The position numbers were made by a program, and so were the translations under genes. From the NCBI GenBank assembly GCA_946186275.1, contig CAMHMO010000005.1:5087-69086 (forward strand): a stretch of 64,000 nt of DNA, given 5' to 3'. The notes below the pieces were generated by a model. The model was given only the letters and a program-made list of their open reading frames with translations, was not told the origin of the DNA and did no database searches. The DNA is from an uncultured Verrucomicrobiota bacterium (GTDB lineage: Bacteria > Verrucomicrobiota > Verrucomicrobiia > Opitutales > UBA9783). Positions 1 to 8,836 of the stretch are shown in pieces (the first letter of the stretch is position 1; every line of letters starts with the position of its first letter).

Positions 1-1230
1 TGGCAGGGAACTTTGAAAAAAAGTTCCGATACACTGGATGTGTGGATTGATTCCGGGTGCAGTCATGCGGCGGTCTTAAAGCCGAACGGTTGGTTTCCAG
101 CGGATTTATATTTGGAGGGCAGCGACCAGCATCGCGGTTGGTTCCAATCGTCGTTGATGACGGCGTTGGTTGATGGCGACATTGCGCCTTACAAGACCGT
201 TCTTACGCACGGCTTTTTCGTGGACGAGGAACGGAAGAAAATCTCCAAAAGTTCCGCCAATGCCGATAAACCGCAAACCGCCGATGCGTATGTCGGCAAA
301 TACGGCGCGGATATTGTGCGTTTGTGGATTTCGTCCGAAGATTATAAGGACGATATTCCCGTGTCTGAGACCATTCTGCAACATGTGATTTCGACCTACC
401 GTACGTTGCGGAATACCCTGCGGTTTCAGTTGGGTAATTTGTACGATTTTAACCCGACGAAAGATAAGGTGCCGTACGAACGGTTGCTCGACATGGATCG
501 TTGGGCGCTGACGGAAACCAACGCGCTTATTCGGGAGGTTCAAATTGCGTACGAAGGGTATGATTTTCACAAAGTTTATCAGGCGGTGAACCGTTTTTGT
601 ACACTGACCTTGTCGGCGCGATATCATGATATTTTAAAGGATCGCCTTTATACGTTGCGTGCGGACGGTTTGGAGCGACGTTCGGCGCAAACGGTGCTGT
701 TTGAAATTTGTCAAACGTTGCTGAAACTGACGGCACCGATTTTGACCTTTACCGCCGACGAAGCCTGGGGCTATTTATGGGGGAATTCGGATTTCGGTTA
801 TCAACAATCGATCCATTTGGAAGATTTCCCGAAGCCGAACGTGCAGTGGGATGACGAGCGAATCGTGAAGGATTTTGCAGAGCTGTTTCGTTTGCGCGAA
901 AAGGTACAGTTTGAGTTGGAAAAGGCGCGGCAGCAGAAAATCATCGGTCAGTCGCTGGATGCGCAGGTGCTCATTGCGGTCGGCAGGCAACATGTATGGT
1001 GTTCGTTGGTGCAAACGTATCGCGAACAATTGCCGGAGTGCTTTATTGTTTCCGCCGTACATATTACGGAAACCGATGGCGACGCTTGCGACGTGACCGT
1101 GAAACATGCTGACGGCGTGCGTTGTCCGCGTACCTGGCGATGGGTTGATAAACTGGTCGAGGTGGAAGGGCTCGGTTTGGTTTCGGAGCGTTGCGCGGAA
1201 GTGTTGCGGTTTCGTAGGCAGATCTTATAA
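1..1230 (+). CDS. ileS: Isoleucyl-tRNA synthetase, 3' part (5' end lies outside the window)
   Basis: Open from base 1. Motifs DTLDVWIDSG, DLYLEGSDQHRGWFQSSL, KISKS (KMSKS variant), YGADIVRLW and the anticodon-binding domain. Confidence 0.97.
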   Translation, partial: WQGTLKKSSDTLDVWIDSGCSHAAVLKPNGWFPADLYLEGSDQHRGWFQSSLMTALVDGDIAPYKTVLTHGFFVDEERKKISKSSANADKPQTADAYVGKYGADIVRLWISSEDYKDDIPVSETILQHVISTYRTLRNTLRFQLGNLYDFNPTKDKVPYERLLDMDRWALTETNALIREVQIAYEGYDFHKVYQAVNRFCTLTLSARYHDILKDRLYTLRADGLERRSAQTVLFEICQTLLKLTAPILTFTADEAWGYLWGNSDFGYQQSIHLEDFPKPNVQWDDERIVKDFAELFRLREKVQFELEKARQQKIIGQSLDAQVLIAVGRQHVWCSLVQTYREQLPECFIVSAVHITETDGDACDVTVKHADGVRCPRTWRWVDKLVEVEGLGLVSERCAEVLRFRRQIL

Positions 1231-1268
1231 TGAGAGGACGGCGTTGCATGCAGGGAAGGAGGTAAGAA

Positions 1269-1862
1269 ATGGCTTTTCGCGGAAAGAAAAACAAATCGTC
1301 ATCGGAATATCAGGGAAGTGATTTGAAAAAAACTTCCGGCGGTGCTTTCCCGAAGGTGTCGGAGAAATCGACGGACGAAAAACCTTCACAAACCGCCGTG
1401 TCCAAAAAGTGCGTTGTACATACTGCTTCGCTGGCGGATATTCTCGGATTTCAACCGAAGCCTGCGGTTCCGAAAAAAGAGGCATCCGTTCCCAAGAAAT
1501 GGGAGCCGTTTTATCGCAAACTTTTGCGCCTGCAAACACTGTTGACCGACAGTAATGTCACACCACAAGAAGGCGATGAAGAATTGTTGGAGTTTGTATT
1601 CGATCGATCGCGAACGCTTGCCGAGGTTCGGGCGGCGATTGAGCGTATTTTTAAAGGTACCTACGGGATTTGCGAATTGACGCGAAAGCCGATTGAACCG
1701 CAACGCCTGGCGGCGATCCCCTACACGCGTTATTCGTTGGAGGGGCAACGGCAGGCGGAAGCGTTGCGTTCCGATGCGTTTGCTCCGGAAAGAGAAATGT
1801 TTGATACGGATATGGACGGAGAGGGGCTTTTGTACACACCCGATGAGCTGTCGGATGAGTAA
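1269..1862 (+). CDS. dksA: DksA/TraR-family transcription factor with a degenerate zinc finger
   Basis: C-terminal LAEVRAAIERIFKGTYGICELTRKPIEPQRLAAIPYTRYS; only one finger Cys is retained; ileS-dksA-lspA context. Confidence 0.8.
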   Translation: MAFRGKKNKSSSEYQGSDLKKTSGGAFPKVSEKSTDEKPSQTAVSKKCVVHTASLADILGFQPKPAVPKKEASVPKKWEPFYRKLLRLQTLLTDSNVTPQEGDEELLEFVFDRSRTLAEVRAAIERIFKGTYGICELTRKPIEPQRLAAIPYTRYSLEGQRQAEALRSDAFAPEREMFDTDMDGEGLLYTPDELSDE

Positions 1863-2304
1863 AACGTTTCGGATTTGGTTCTTTGTTGCCTTTGGAACGG
1901 TTGCGGCGGATCAACTGACAAAGGCGGTTGCACTGTGTTTTGAGCCGTATCGTTTGCCGATTATTCCAAATTTCTTTTCTTTAACGCTGACGATCAACAG
2001 CGGGAGTATTTGGGGCTTGGGTGCGGATTACACGCAGGTGTTGGGGTGGTTGGGAATTGTTTTCGTCTTTCTGTTGTGCGTTTTTTTTCGTTCTTTCATT
2101 CAAAAACACCCGATGATAAGCGGTTTTCTGACGGGCGGGATGATCGGCAATACGATCGATCGCTTTGCGCGCGGGTATGTGACGGATTTTTTGGATTTTT
2201 ACATCAAATCATGGCATTGGCCGTGCTTCAATGTCGCCGATATTGCCATTACGGGAACGTGTCTGTGGCTGATGTTTGGCGGGGCGATGAAAAAAGGCGG
2301 CTGA
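1855..2304 (+). CDS. lspA: Lipoprotein signal peptidase II
   Basis: DQLTK, NSGSIWG, GNTIDRFARGYVTDF and WPCFNVAD motifs. ATG at 1855 overlaps the dksA end. Confidence 0.95.
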   Translation: MSKTFRIWFFVAFGTVAADQLTKAVALCFEPYRLPIIPNFFSLTLTINSGSIWGLGADYTQVLGWLGIVFVFLLCVFFRSFIQKHPMISGFLTGGMIGNTIDRFARGYVTDFLDFYIKSWHWPCFNVADIAITGTCLWLMFGGAMKKGG

Positions 2305-2349
2305 ACGGTCGGATTTTTTTGGTTTTTACGACATAACTGCCGAAGTACT

Positions 2350-3075
2350 TTACGCCTTCTCCGCCTTTTCGAACGTGTGAAATTCCGGCGTGATTTTAAA
2401 TTCAATCAGTTCGCCTTCGATTTCGTTCGGTGCATAAAGGGAGCGCAGTTCGACGGGAAACGGTTGAGCCATCAAAACGGCGTTCAGGGTACTGAGGGTG
2501 TGCCAATTTGTGCGAACATTCGGGGTCGGACACGTGCGGATTTCGAATTCGACCAGGTTCGGATTATCCATGGAATATCCGTCTTCGCCGAAACGAAAGT
2601 TAATGCCGATCGGCGTTCCCAAGGGAAGCAGTTTGTCGGTGCACAAACGCGGAAGTTTTTTGGAAAGTTCGGTGTTCCGTTGTTGCGCCTTTTTGAACGC
2701 CGCATCGTTATTTTGCCCGATTTGGTTTCGTTGGGCGATCGGAACGGAGGCGTCAAACGGCATGCACAGACCGAAATTAACGCGCGTTTTGGTTTTGGCT
2801 TTGGCATCGGAGGCTTCGAAATTCCACGGATTGAAACCGCGAATGCGGTCAAGTAAGTCCGATGTCACCCGCGGTTCCAATTCCAGCAAATGTTTGATGT
2901 GATCATCGTCGATGCGGTAGTGGTACGCAATCGTCAGTTTCTTTAAGTTCCAATACCAGTAAGCGTAGGTTTTCAGCGGGACGCGTACGGTGGCGAAATT
3001 ATAGGGTGTTTCGGGGCGAAGCAGAATGGCATTGCTGACCCCGAGGGCGTTCACAAATGTGCGGTACGGTTGCAT
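2350..3075 (-). CDS. Hypothetical protein, last gene of the phage-like cluster (possible receptor-binding or fibre protein)
   Basis: 241-aa ORF co-directional with the cluster; no motif recognised; role inferred from position only. Confidence 0.55.
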   Translation of the reverse strand: MQPYRTFVNALGVSNAILLRPETPYNFATVRVPLKTYAYWYWNLKKLTIAYHYRIDDDHIKHLLELEPRVTSDLLDRIRGFNPWNFEASDAKAKTKTRVNFGLCMPFDASVPIAQRNQIGQNNDAAFKKAQQRNTELSKKLPRLCTDKLLPLGTPIGINFRFGEDGYSMDNPNLVEFEIRTCPTPNVRTNWHTLSTLNAVLMAQPFPVELRSLYAPNEIEGELIEFKITPEFHTFEKAEKA

Positions 3076-3139
3076 GACGATTGGAAGGTTGGGTTAAAAG
3101 ACGTTAATTTGACGAAAAATCGGACGATGGAACGGAAAA

Positions 3140-4846
3140 TTACGAGGACGGGATCCAAACGGTTTTCAGTTCGCCGTTTTCCACAACGGCAAATTCTTTG
3201 AGTTTGATTTCGGTTTTTTCGGGCAATGTTGCGGCATTGAGGATCACCTTCTTGTCTTTATCCTTAATCGTCAGCTGTTTGTACTGTCCGCGGTCGATCA
3301 TCGAATTGACCAACGGCGTCATGTGCGGGAAGTACGTTTTGGTGCTTCCGGAGCGTTTGGCGGCAAAGCGTGCGTTCGTATCCTCGGTGATGGTTCGCAT
3401 GCGGTGCGTGTGCATCAACTGGCAAAGGTCGTTGGGACCGAGTTGCTTCGGCGCACCGAATTTCAGTTGTACCGTTCCCGAGTCCAAAAATAAGCGTTCT
3501 TCCTGCACGGGAAGCCGCAAATTGCGCCATTCGGGATGACCGTCGGTAAAATTCAGCGTTTGCCCCATGAAGGAATTGGATAATTCTTCGCATTCCAGTT
3601 GCAGCCGCCCTTCGTAACGCAGGCAGTGTGTTGCGTCGTAGATGATTTTTGCCAAATTTTTTGGCGGTTCCGTGCCTTCGCTGAGAAAGACCGCTTTTCG
3701 ATAAGTGCGCGAAACGGCATCGGTGGCGCAAAATTTAAGGGAAAAGGTTCGGTTTTCGACCACGCTGTCGGCGGTTTCATAACTCACATCAGCGGTAATC
3801 GTTGCATATTCCGCACGACATCCCATCCACGGCGCAACGGCTCCCTTGGTCAGTTCATTCCGCAGTTTCGTCGAACAACGCACATTCGAAATTTGAATAT
3901 CCTTATCCGCCGCTTGGCTCAAACAGGGAAAATGCTCCTTCCACCAGGCGATCGAAGCGATTTCGACAGGTTTTGTTTCCACATACTGCTCCTGGATGTG
4001 CGAATGCGTGCCTTCCAATTCAATCGTCAGCACCAGCGCGTTGAAACCTTCGCCGGCGCCTTTGTTCGGATAGGTATCCGTCGTGACGGTCTTCCAGGTT
4101 TCGCCCGATTGAGAATGTGAGTGTTCGTATTTCAACACGACGGCTTTGATTTGCAGGTCATTCCTCGGAACCATCGAAAATTGAGAACACTTTGAAAGCG
4201 ATAAATCGGTTGTCCCGAGGCGATCGGCGCGCGCGATCCGCAACGTCGGTTGGGACGTTGTGTAGTCGAACCAAACGACCGCATCTGGCGTCCAGCGCAG
4301 AATCTTCATCAATGCTTCGGCGCAACTGCAATCGCGAACGGTTTCGCAGGGAAATGCGAAATCAAAGCCGATAATATCCCCGCAGGCAATCGGTGCGCCG
4401 TGATTTTGGGCGTAGGTCACAATGTCCCGCAAACATTGCGCGGCGTGAACGGGCTTTCCGTCCTTATCCTGTCCCAACAGACAGACACTGCGGGAAACGG
4501 TTTCGGTTTTTCCCGTCCCGTCCTTAAAGTATTCCCACGGTTGCTGAAATACCAGATGTTCCAGATACCACGTGGGTCCGGAGACGCGGCAGGTCGCCAG
4601 CTCTTGCGTTGCGCCGTAAAAGCAGGGGGTTTGCGTGATGCGCCCGCAAAACCAGCGTACGTCATCTTTGAAAATTTCAACCGTTGCTTCGGCGACAAAC
4701 GATTGCGTCGCGGATGTGGTTTGAAACGTCAGCGTGTCGGTGCCCTGATTGAGAACGTGACGTTCGACGTTGAAAATGCCCCATTCGGACAGTGTTTTCC
4801 TCCGGACGCGCTTGTCGGGTGCCTTGTATGATAAAAACCAGGTCAT
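3140..4846 (-). CDS. Putative tail-tip/baseplate hub-like protein (568 aa)
   Basis: N-terminus resembles hub proteins (NQGTDTLTF...WFCGRIT...CRVSGPTWYLEHLVFQQ). ATG at 4846 overlaps the upstream TGA (TGATG). Confidence 0.55.
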   Translation of the reverse strand: MTWFLSYKAPDKRVRRKTLSEWGIFNVERHVLNQGTDTLTFQTTSATQSFVAEATVEIFKDDVRWFCGRITQTPCFYGATQELATCRVSGPTWYLEHLVFQQPWEYFKDGTGKTETVSRSVCLLGQDKDGKPVHAAQCLRDIVTYAQNHGAPIACGDIIGFDFAFPCETVRDCSCAEALMKILRWTPDAVVWFDYTTSQPTLRIARADRLGTTDLSLSKCSQFSMVPRNDLQIKAVVLKYEHSHSQSGETWKTVTTDTYPNKGAGEGFNALVLTIELEGTHSHIQEQYVETKPVEIASIAWWKEHFPCLSQAADKDIQISNVRCSTKLRNELTKGAVAPWMGCRAEYATITADVSYETADSVVENRTFSLKFCATDAVSRTYRKAVFLSEGTEPPKNLAKIIYDATHCLRYEGRLQLECEELSNSFMGQTLNFTDGHPEWRNLRLPVQEERLFLDSGTVQLKFGAPKQLGPNDLCQLMHTHRMRTITEDTNARFAAKRSGSTKTYFPHMTPLVNSMIDRGQYKQLTIKDKDKKVILNAATLPEKTEIKLKEFAVVENGELKTVWIPSS

Positions 4847-5046
4847 CAGTGTCGCGTCTGTTTCAGTTGCTCTTCCAATTCCGCCAGACGGCATTCCAAG
4901 TCGGCGATGCGGTTAAGTTGCTCGTCGTAAGCGTCCGACAGTTCGTTGTAATCTCGGTGATTACCGAAGCCGTTGCAGTAGCCGGGTGAGGACATCATAT
5001 TTTTAAACATTGAGTTATTCATAAAATTTCGGGTGTTGACGGGCAT
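4846..5046 (-). CDS. Small protein with a C-terminal coiled coil
   Basis: 66 aa (a GTG at 5049 is an alternative start); stop/start overlaps on both sides; LECRLAELEEQLK heptads. Confidence 0.55.
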   Translation of the reverse strand: MPVNTRNFMNNSMFKNMMSSPGYCNGFGNHRDYNELSDAYDEQLNRIADLECRLAELEEQLKQTRH

Positions 5047-5456
5047 CACGCATTAACGTGCAGTTTTCCGCCGTAGATTTCATACGTTGTATAGGAAGCA
5101 TTCCCTTTGTAATGCGTTTGAACGGACGCAAGCGTTGCGGATTCCAACGTAAGCGAACGTCCCTTCGAACCTTCCGACTGAATGAGGACTTCGCCGTGTG
5201 CGTGCGCGATTTCGCTCGCATGTACGAGCATGTGTTCGATTGCCGCCGATTGGTCGTTGTGCAGACGTCCGACTTCAAACACAAGCCGAACCTGCAGGTT
5301 ACCGCGGTCGTAGGTTTGAACGGAAGCGGCGCGGATGGCTTTGACGGATTGCAACGTGCGTTCCGCCGTTACGGATATGTGCGTCGGTTCTTCGTTCACT
5401 GCGGTTCCGCCCGCCAAAACGTAGGATTTTTGGTCTGTTTTAAGCGTAATTTTCAT
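5046..5456 (-). CDS. Phage structural protein, distal-tail/tube-like beta fold (tentative)
   Basis: 136 aa with alternating beta-strand patterns (TYDRGNLQVRLVFEV; YTTYEIYGG); ATGA overlap with the upstream gene. Confidence 0.5.
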   Translation of the reverse strand: MKITLKTDQKSYVLAGGTAVNEEPTHISVTAERTLQSVKAIRAASVQTYDRGNLQVRLVFEVGRLHNDQSAAIEHMLVHASEIAHAHGEVLIQSEGSKGRSLTLESATLASVQTHYKGNASYTTYEIYGGKLHVNA

Positions 5457-5902
5457 ACATTCGAAACGTTAAAATCGGAAGTGATAAAGTGCAGTTGCAG
5501 CGCGGTGCCGTTTGTCCAATCGAGTCGCGTCCACGGTTCCTTTTCGGTCAAAACAAAACGACCGTCCCAGAGATTGTCGACGACGATCGGCTTTTGGGTT
5601 ACCTCGAAACTTATTCTTTCCGCCCAATCGATAAACGCGTATGCTTCGTCGTACTGCAATGACTGCGCCAGTGTGAGATTGAGTGACAACGTTCCCCAGC
5701 AGGACGATGCCAATCCGAGCGTTTGCAGCGGGAACGGCAACGAAACGAACAGCAGGAACGGTTGTGTTTGCGCAACTTTTAAGGCAAGCAGTTCATCGAC
5801 GGAAAAGGCGTCGCTTGCAACGACGGTCATCGCGTTTTTGAGCTCCGAAGCTTTGAGAGTTTCAATCAGCTTGGTTTGAATGCTTCGTAAAATCGGTTTC
5901 AT
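5453..5902 (-). CDS. Putative tail terminator/neck protein (Mu gp37 position)
   Basis: 149 aa directly after the gp36-like gene; size and position fit, sequence evidence is weak. Confidence 0.45.
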   Translation of the reverse strand: MKPILRSIQTKLIETLKASELKNAMTVVASDAFSVDELLALKVAQTQPFLLFVSLPFPLQTLGLASSCWGTLSLNLTLAQSLQYDEAYAFIDWAERISFEVTQKPIVVDNLWDGRFVLTEKEPWTRLDWTNGTALQLHFITSDFNVSNV

Positions 5903-5929
5903 GATTATCCTTTCAACGGAAGCGGACTG

Positions 5930-6373
5930 TTAAAATCCTTTCAGCGTCGATTGGCGTGCGTCGCGTCTGCGGTAATGCACCGCTTCGATGCGCGGATCGG
6001 TGACTTTCGGGTTTGATTGCTTTTCCCACATCGCTGCCAGGTCATCGAGCGTTTTGCGCGCCTGTTGGGCGTTGCGGATTTGGTCGTCCGACAATTTTAA
6101 ATCCGGCAGACGTGATTGCAGAGCTTCGATCACCAAGTGGCATGCGGCGGTTTTACACGCCGTCGGAATATGATTGGGTGCCGTCGGGTTCGGGTGAAAC
6201 TTCTGCGGTACGCGATTTTGAATGTACGCGCAGATATCGTTTATAACGGCGTCGATGTGCTTCGGATCGCCTTTTTCGCGGAAATTGTTCACGACCGACA
6301 ACTGGTCTTGAATAAGGTAATCCGAAATATGTTTGGCTTCGAGTAAAGTCCAGGGAATGGAGATAACGGGCAT
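5930..6373 (-). CDS. Head-tail connector, Mu gp36/DUF1320-like
   Basis: Pattern I...I..YI..R...IP..CK.AAC.L....L..R...L...Q....A...L; follows the capsid gene. Confidence 0.7.
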   Translation of the reverse strand: MPVISIPWTLLEAKHISDYLIQDQLSVVNNFREKGDPKHIDAVINDICAYIQNRVPQKFHPNPTAPNHIPTACKTAACHLVIEALQSRLPDLKLSDDQIRNAQQARKTLDDLAAMWEKQSNPKVTDPRIEAVHYRRRDARQSTLKGF

Positions 6374-6452
6374 TGGAATTTAAATGTTTAAGGGTTGATA
6401 AGTGTTAAGGGTTGCGAGAGAGGGCGATAAGCCCTCCCTCGATATGTTTGTG

Positions 6453-7391
6453 TTACGCGCCTTTGACTTTGATTTGCAGAATGTTGGTGGCGGACGTAAC
6501 AACGATATTGCTGTAATGTTCGACGGTAATATCGGTGTACTTGGTGTGCGGTTCGACGTAGACGCGGAACAAATGTCCGTCATCGAACGGCGTTACGAAG
6601 CGTTTAACGGCTGACGGTTCATCCTTTAACAGTCCGTTTTGGGCATAGAACGCGAAGATTTCATCGCCTTCCAATTCCTTGCCTTGTAACCCGAGATGCA
6701 CCTGTTTGATCAGTTGCACGTTTTCGACGAGCAACTTTTCCGCCAACGCTTCGCGCGACAATTCCGCCGCAATGCGGGCGCCGGCATTGTTCTGCGACGC
6801 GTAGCAGTCCTGACGGAGATACCAGGCGTTTTCACTGAACAGCAGACGGTTCGGCGAAAATCCGTAGTCGGAGCGTGCCGTTAAGACGGCGTTGCGAAGA
6901 TCCGCATCCGGTTGCGCTTTTTCACCCGTCCAGGCGTCCGGCTCGACAATTTGCTTTTTGCTTTTCTTCTGAGCCGCTTTGATCGTTTCGACGAACGCCC
7001 TGATCGTACGACGATACTCGTTGCAACAGAGGCGGCGTTTCAGGGCATAAACATAGCGCGTTTCCCAGTCACCGCCGGCGATGTCATCCGTGTCCACGCG
7101 TATCGTCAGACCTTTGTTGAACGTTTTTGACTGGATCGTATCGCCGTTGAAGTCGATGCGTTTGAAAGGGCTGCCGGCGGTGCGAATGTCGTCGCTTTCC
7201 GAATAAAACGTGTCGTTTTCGGTGATCCTTTTGTAGTCATGGCGACGCGGAACCAATGTGCACGGTGCGGCGAAATTTAACGCTTTTTCAACGTCTTCGT
7301 TGCCCTGCGACGTATTGGCAAATTGCGTCAGTTCGGACGAATAGTAATTTTGATTGAATTGTGTTTCGTTTGCTTGTGTTGCGGTTGTCAT
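6453..7391 (-). CDS. Major capsid protein (HK97-fold candidate)
   Basis: 312 aa after the protease and cement genes and before the gp36-like gene; IRTAGSPFKRIDF and KGLTIRVD segments are capsid-like. Confidence 0.7.
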   Translation of the reverse strand: MTTATQANETQFNQNYYSSELTQFANTSQGNEDVEKALNFAAPCTLVPRRHDYKRITENDTFYSESDDIRTAGSPFKRIDFNGDTIQSKTFNKGLTIRVDTDDIAGGDWETRYVYALKRRLCCNEYRRTIRAFVETIKAAQKKSKKQIVEPDAWTGEKAQPDADLRNAVLTARSDYGFSPNRLLFSENAWYLRQDCYASQNNAGARIAAELSREALAEKLLVENVQLIKQVHLGLQGKELEGDEIFAFYAQNGLLKDEPSAVKRFVTPFDDGHLFRVYVEPHTKYTDITVEHYSNIVVTSATNILQIKVKGA

Positions 7392-7403
7392 AAGAGGATG
7401 TGA

Positions 7404-7826
7404 TTATTTGAGGTTATTGGGAAGTGAAGTCAGTGCTTCGATACGATCGTCTTTTCCGCCGCTCGAAAGTGCCAGACCGATGATGTTGCTGCCGTCCGAA
7501 CATTTTTTGGCGAAGCCGTCCTTGGAAAAGCTGATGAATTCACCGGCTTTGACGGCGTCCGCCATGAGAATGCGCGCCGTTTGTCCGTTGTTGGACAGCG
7601 GTTGAACGGAGATGTAGGTTTTGTCGTCCGAGGCGGTCGTGTCGCGCAGGGCAATTCCCCAGGGAATGCTCTTTTCGGGACACGGCACAACGAACTGTTC
7701 GTCGTCGTCAAAGCTGATCAGCATGCCGGCTCTGACCGCGCTTCCCGGTTTCAGACGCTTTGTGAGAGCGCCTTCGAAAAACCCAACGGCGTTTGCGTTG
7801 GACATGATTTTATGGGTTGTATTCAT
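7404..7826 (-). CDS. Capsid cement/decoration protein (DUF2190-like)
   Basis: 140 aa Gly/Ala-rich beta protein (VKAGEFISFSKDG...IIGLALSSG) between protease and capsid. Confidence 0.6.
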   Translation of the reverse strand: MNTTHKIMSNANAVGFFEGALTKRLKPGSAVRAGMLISFDDDEQFVVPCPEKSIPWGIALRDTTASDDKTYISVQPLSNNGQTARILMADAVKAGEFISFSKDGFAKKCSDGSNIIGLALSSGGKDDRIEALTSLPNNLK

Positions 7827-7859
7827 AGGTTAAAAAAAGGGTTAAAAGGATTGTTAAAT

Positions 7860-8819
7860 TTACGGTTGTTTCGTAACCGTTGCCGTTTTCAACGACCGCG
7901 GCGCAAAATTTCTGCGTTTTGTGCAAGCCGTCGGCGGTTTGGATCCGTCGCTTTCCGTTGCATTCGGATAATTGCCTGCAATGGTTGCGGGCGTTTGATG
8001 AAGCAACGCGTTCCAGGCCTCCGGGTAACTTTCGCCTGTGGCTTCCATCCGTGCCCGAACGGCTTGCCCGAACTGCAGAATGCGGCGTTTTTCTTCGCGC
8101 GTTTGCGTACCGTGCAGATCCGATGAAAGCGGTGTTCGATGCCCCGAGAATAGATCTTCGTCGGATGTCGGGAGTAGGGTAGAGGACTGTGTGCCGATGG
8201 TCGATGCTGTTGGTTTGATTTTTTTCACAAACGCCCGACGTAACGGTTCGATGAACGTTGCAAATCCCTTGTGAAGTGCGCCATCGGAACGAACGCCGCC
8301 TGTTTGCGTGTGCGACGTTTCGGTGGAACGTTGCCGTTTCGTCAAAGCTCGCAGAAGAACACGAAGTCCGAAGCTTTTTTTCGGGAATGCATCGAACGCA
8401 ATCGGTTGAACGGGCAAATTCGGGTGTTGCGTTAGACCGACGGAAAGGAGACGTTCGGGATGATAAGCGGTTTGATGTTCCGTTTTACAAAGTACCCAGC
8501 GGGGTGACAGGTACTGTCGCGGCGATTTGGACAGGAAGGTGTGACCGTATTTTGTTAATTTTACAAACACCCACAGACCGTCTCCATCGGCGCACAAATT
8601 TTTCACATAGCCGTAAATGCGCGGATCCGAATGTTCGTTCTTAAATAACGGATCGTCGGGATGTCCGAGGTAGACGGGGATTTTTTTCAGCCCGAGACGG
8701 AACCGCCACGTGCGCGTTTTCCGAATGCACCGTTGCGCGTCGGCGGACGAGATGCTTTGCAGACCCTCCGGATGTTCGAAGGTACCGTAGGGCGATAAAT
8801 GAAGTTTAACAGTTTTCAT
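7860..8819 (-). CDS. Mu gpI-like prohead protease with a possible C-terminal scaffold
   Basis: GHPD...IYGYV...GDGLWV...YLSPRW...LLSVGLTQHPNL matches the Mu-like protease pattern; scaffold-like VRARMEATGESYPEAW near the end. Confidence 0.8.
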   Translation of the reverse strand: MKTVKLHLSPYGTFEHPEGLQSISSADAQRCIRKTRTWRFRLGLKKIPVYLGHPDDPLFKNEHSDPRIYGYVKNLCADGDGLWVFVKLTKYGHTFLSKSPRQYLSPRWVLCKTEHQTAYHPERLLSVGLTQHPNLPVQPIAFDAFPKKSFGLRVLLRALTKRQRSTETSHTQTGGVRSDGALHKGFATFIEPLRRAFVKKIKPTASTIGTQSSTLLPTSDEDLFSGHRTPLSSDLHGTQTREEKRRILQFGQAVRARMEATGESYPEAWNALLHQTPATIAGNYPNATESDGSKPPTACTKRRNFAPRSLKTATVTKQP

Positions 8820-8836
8820 GGATGTTTAGTTTTTGA

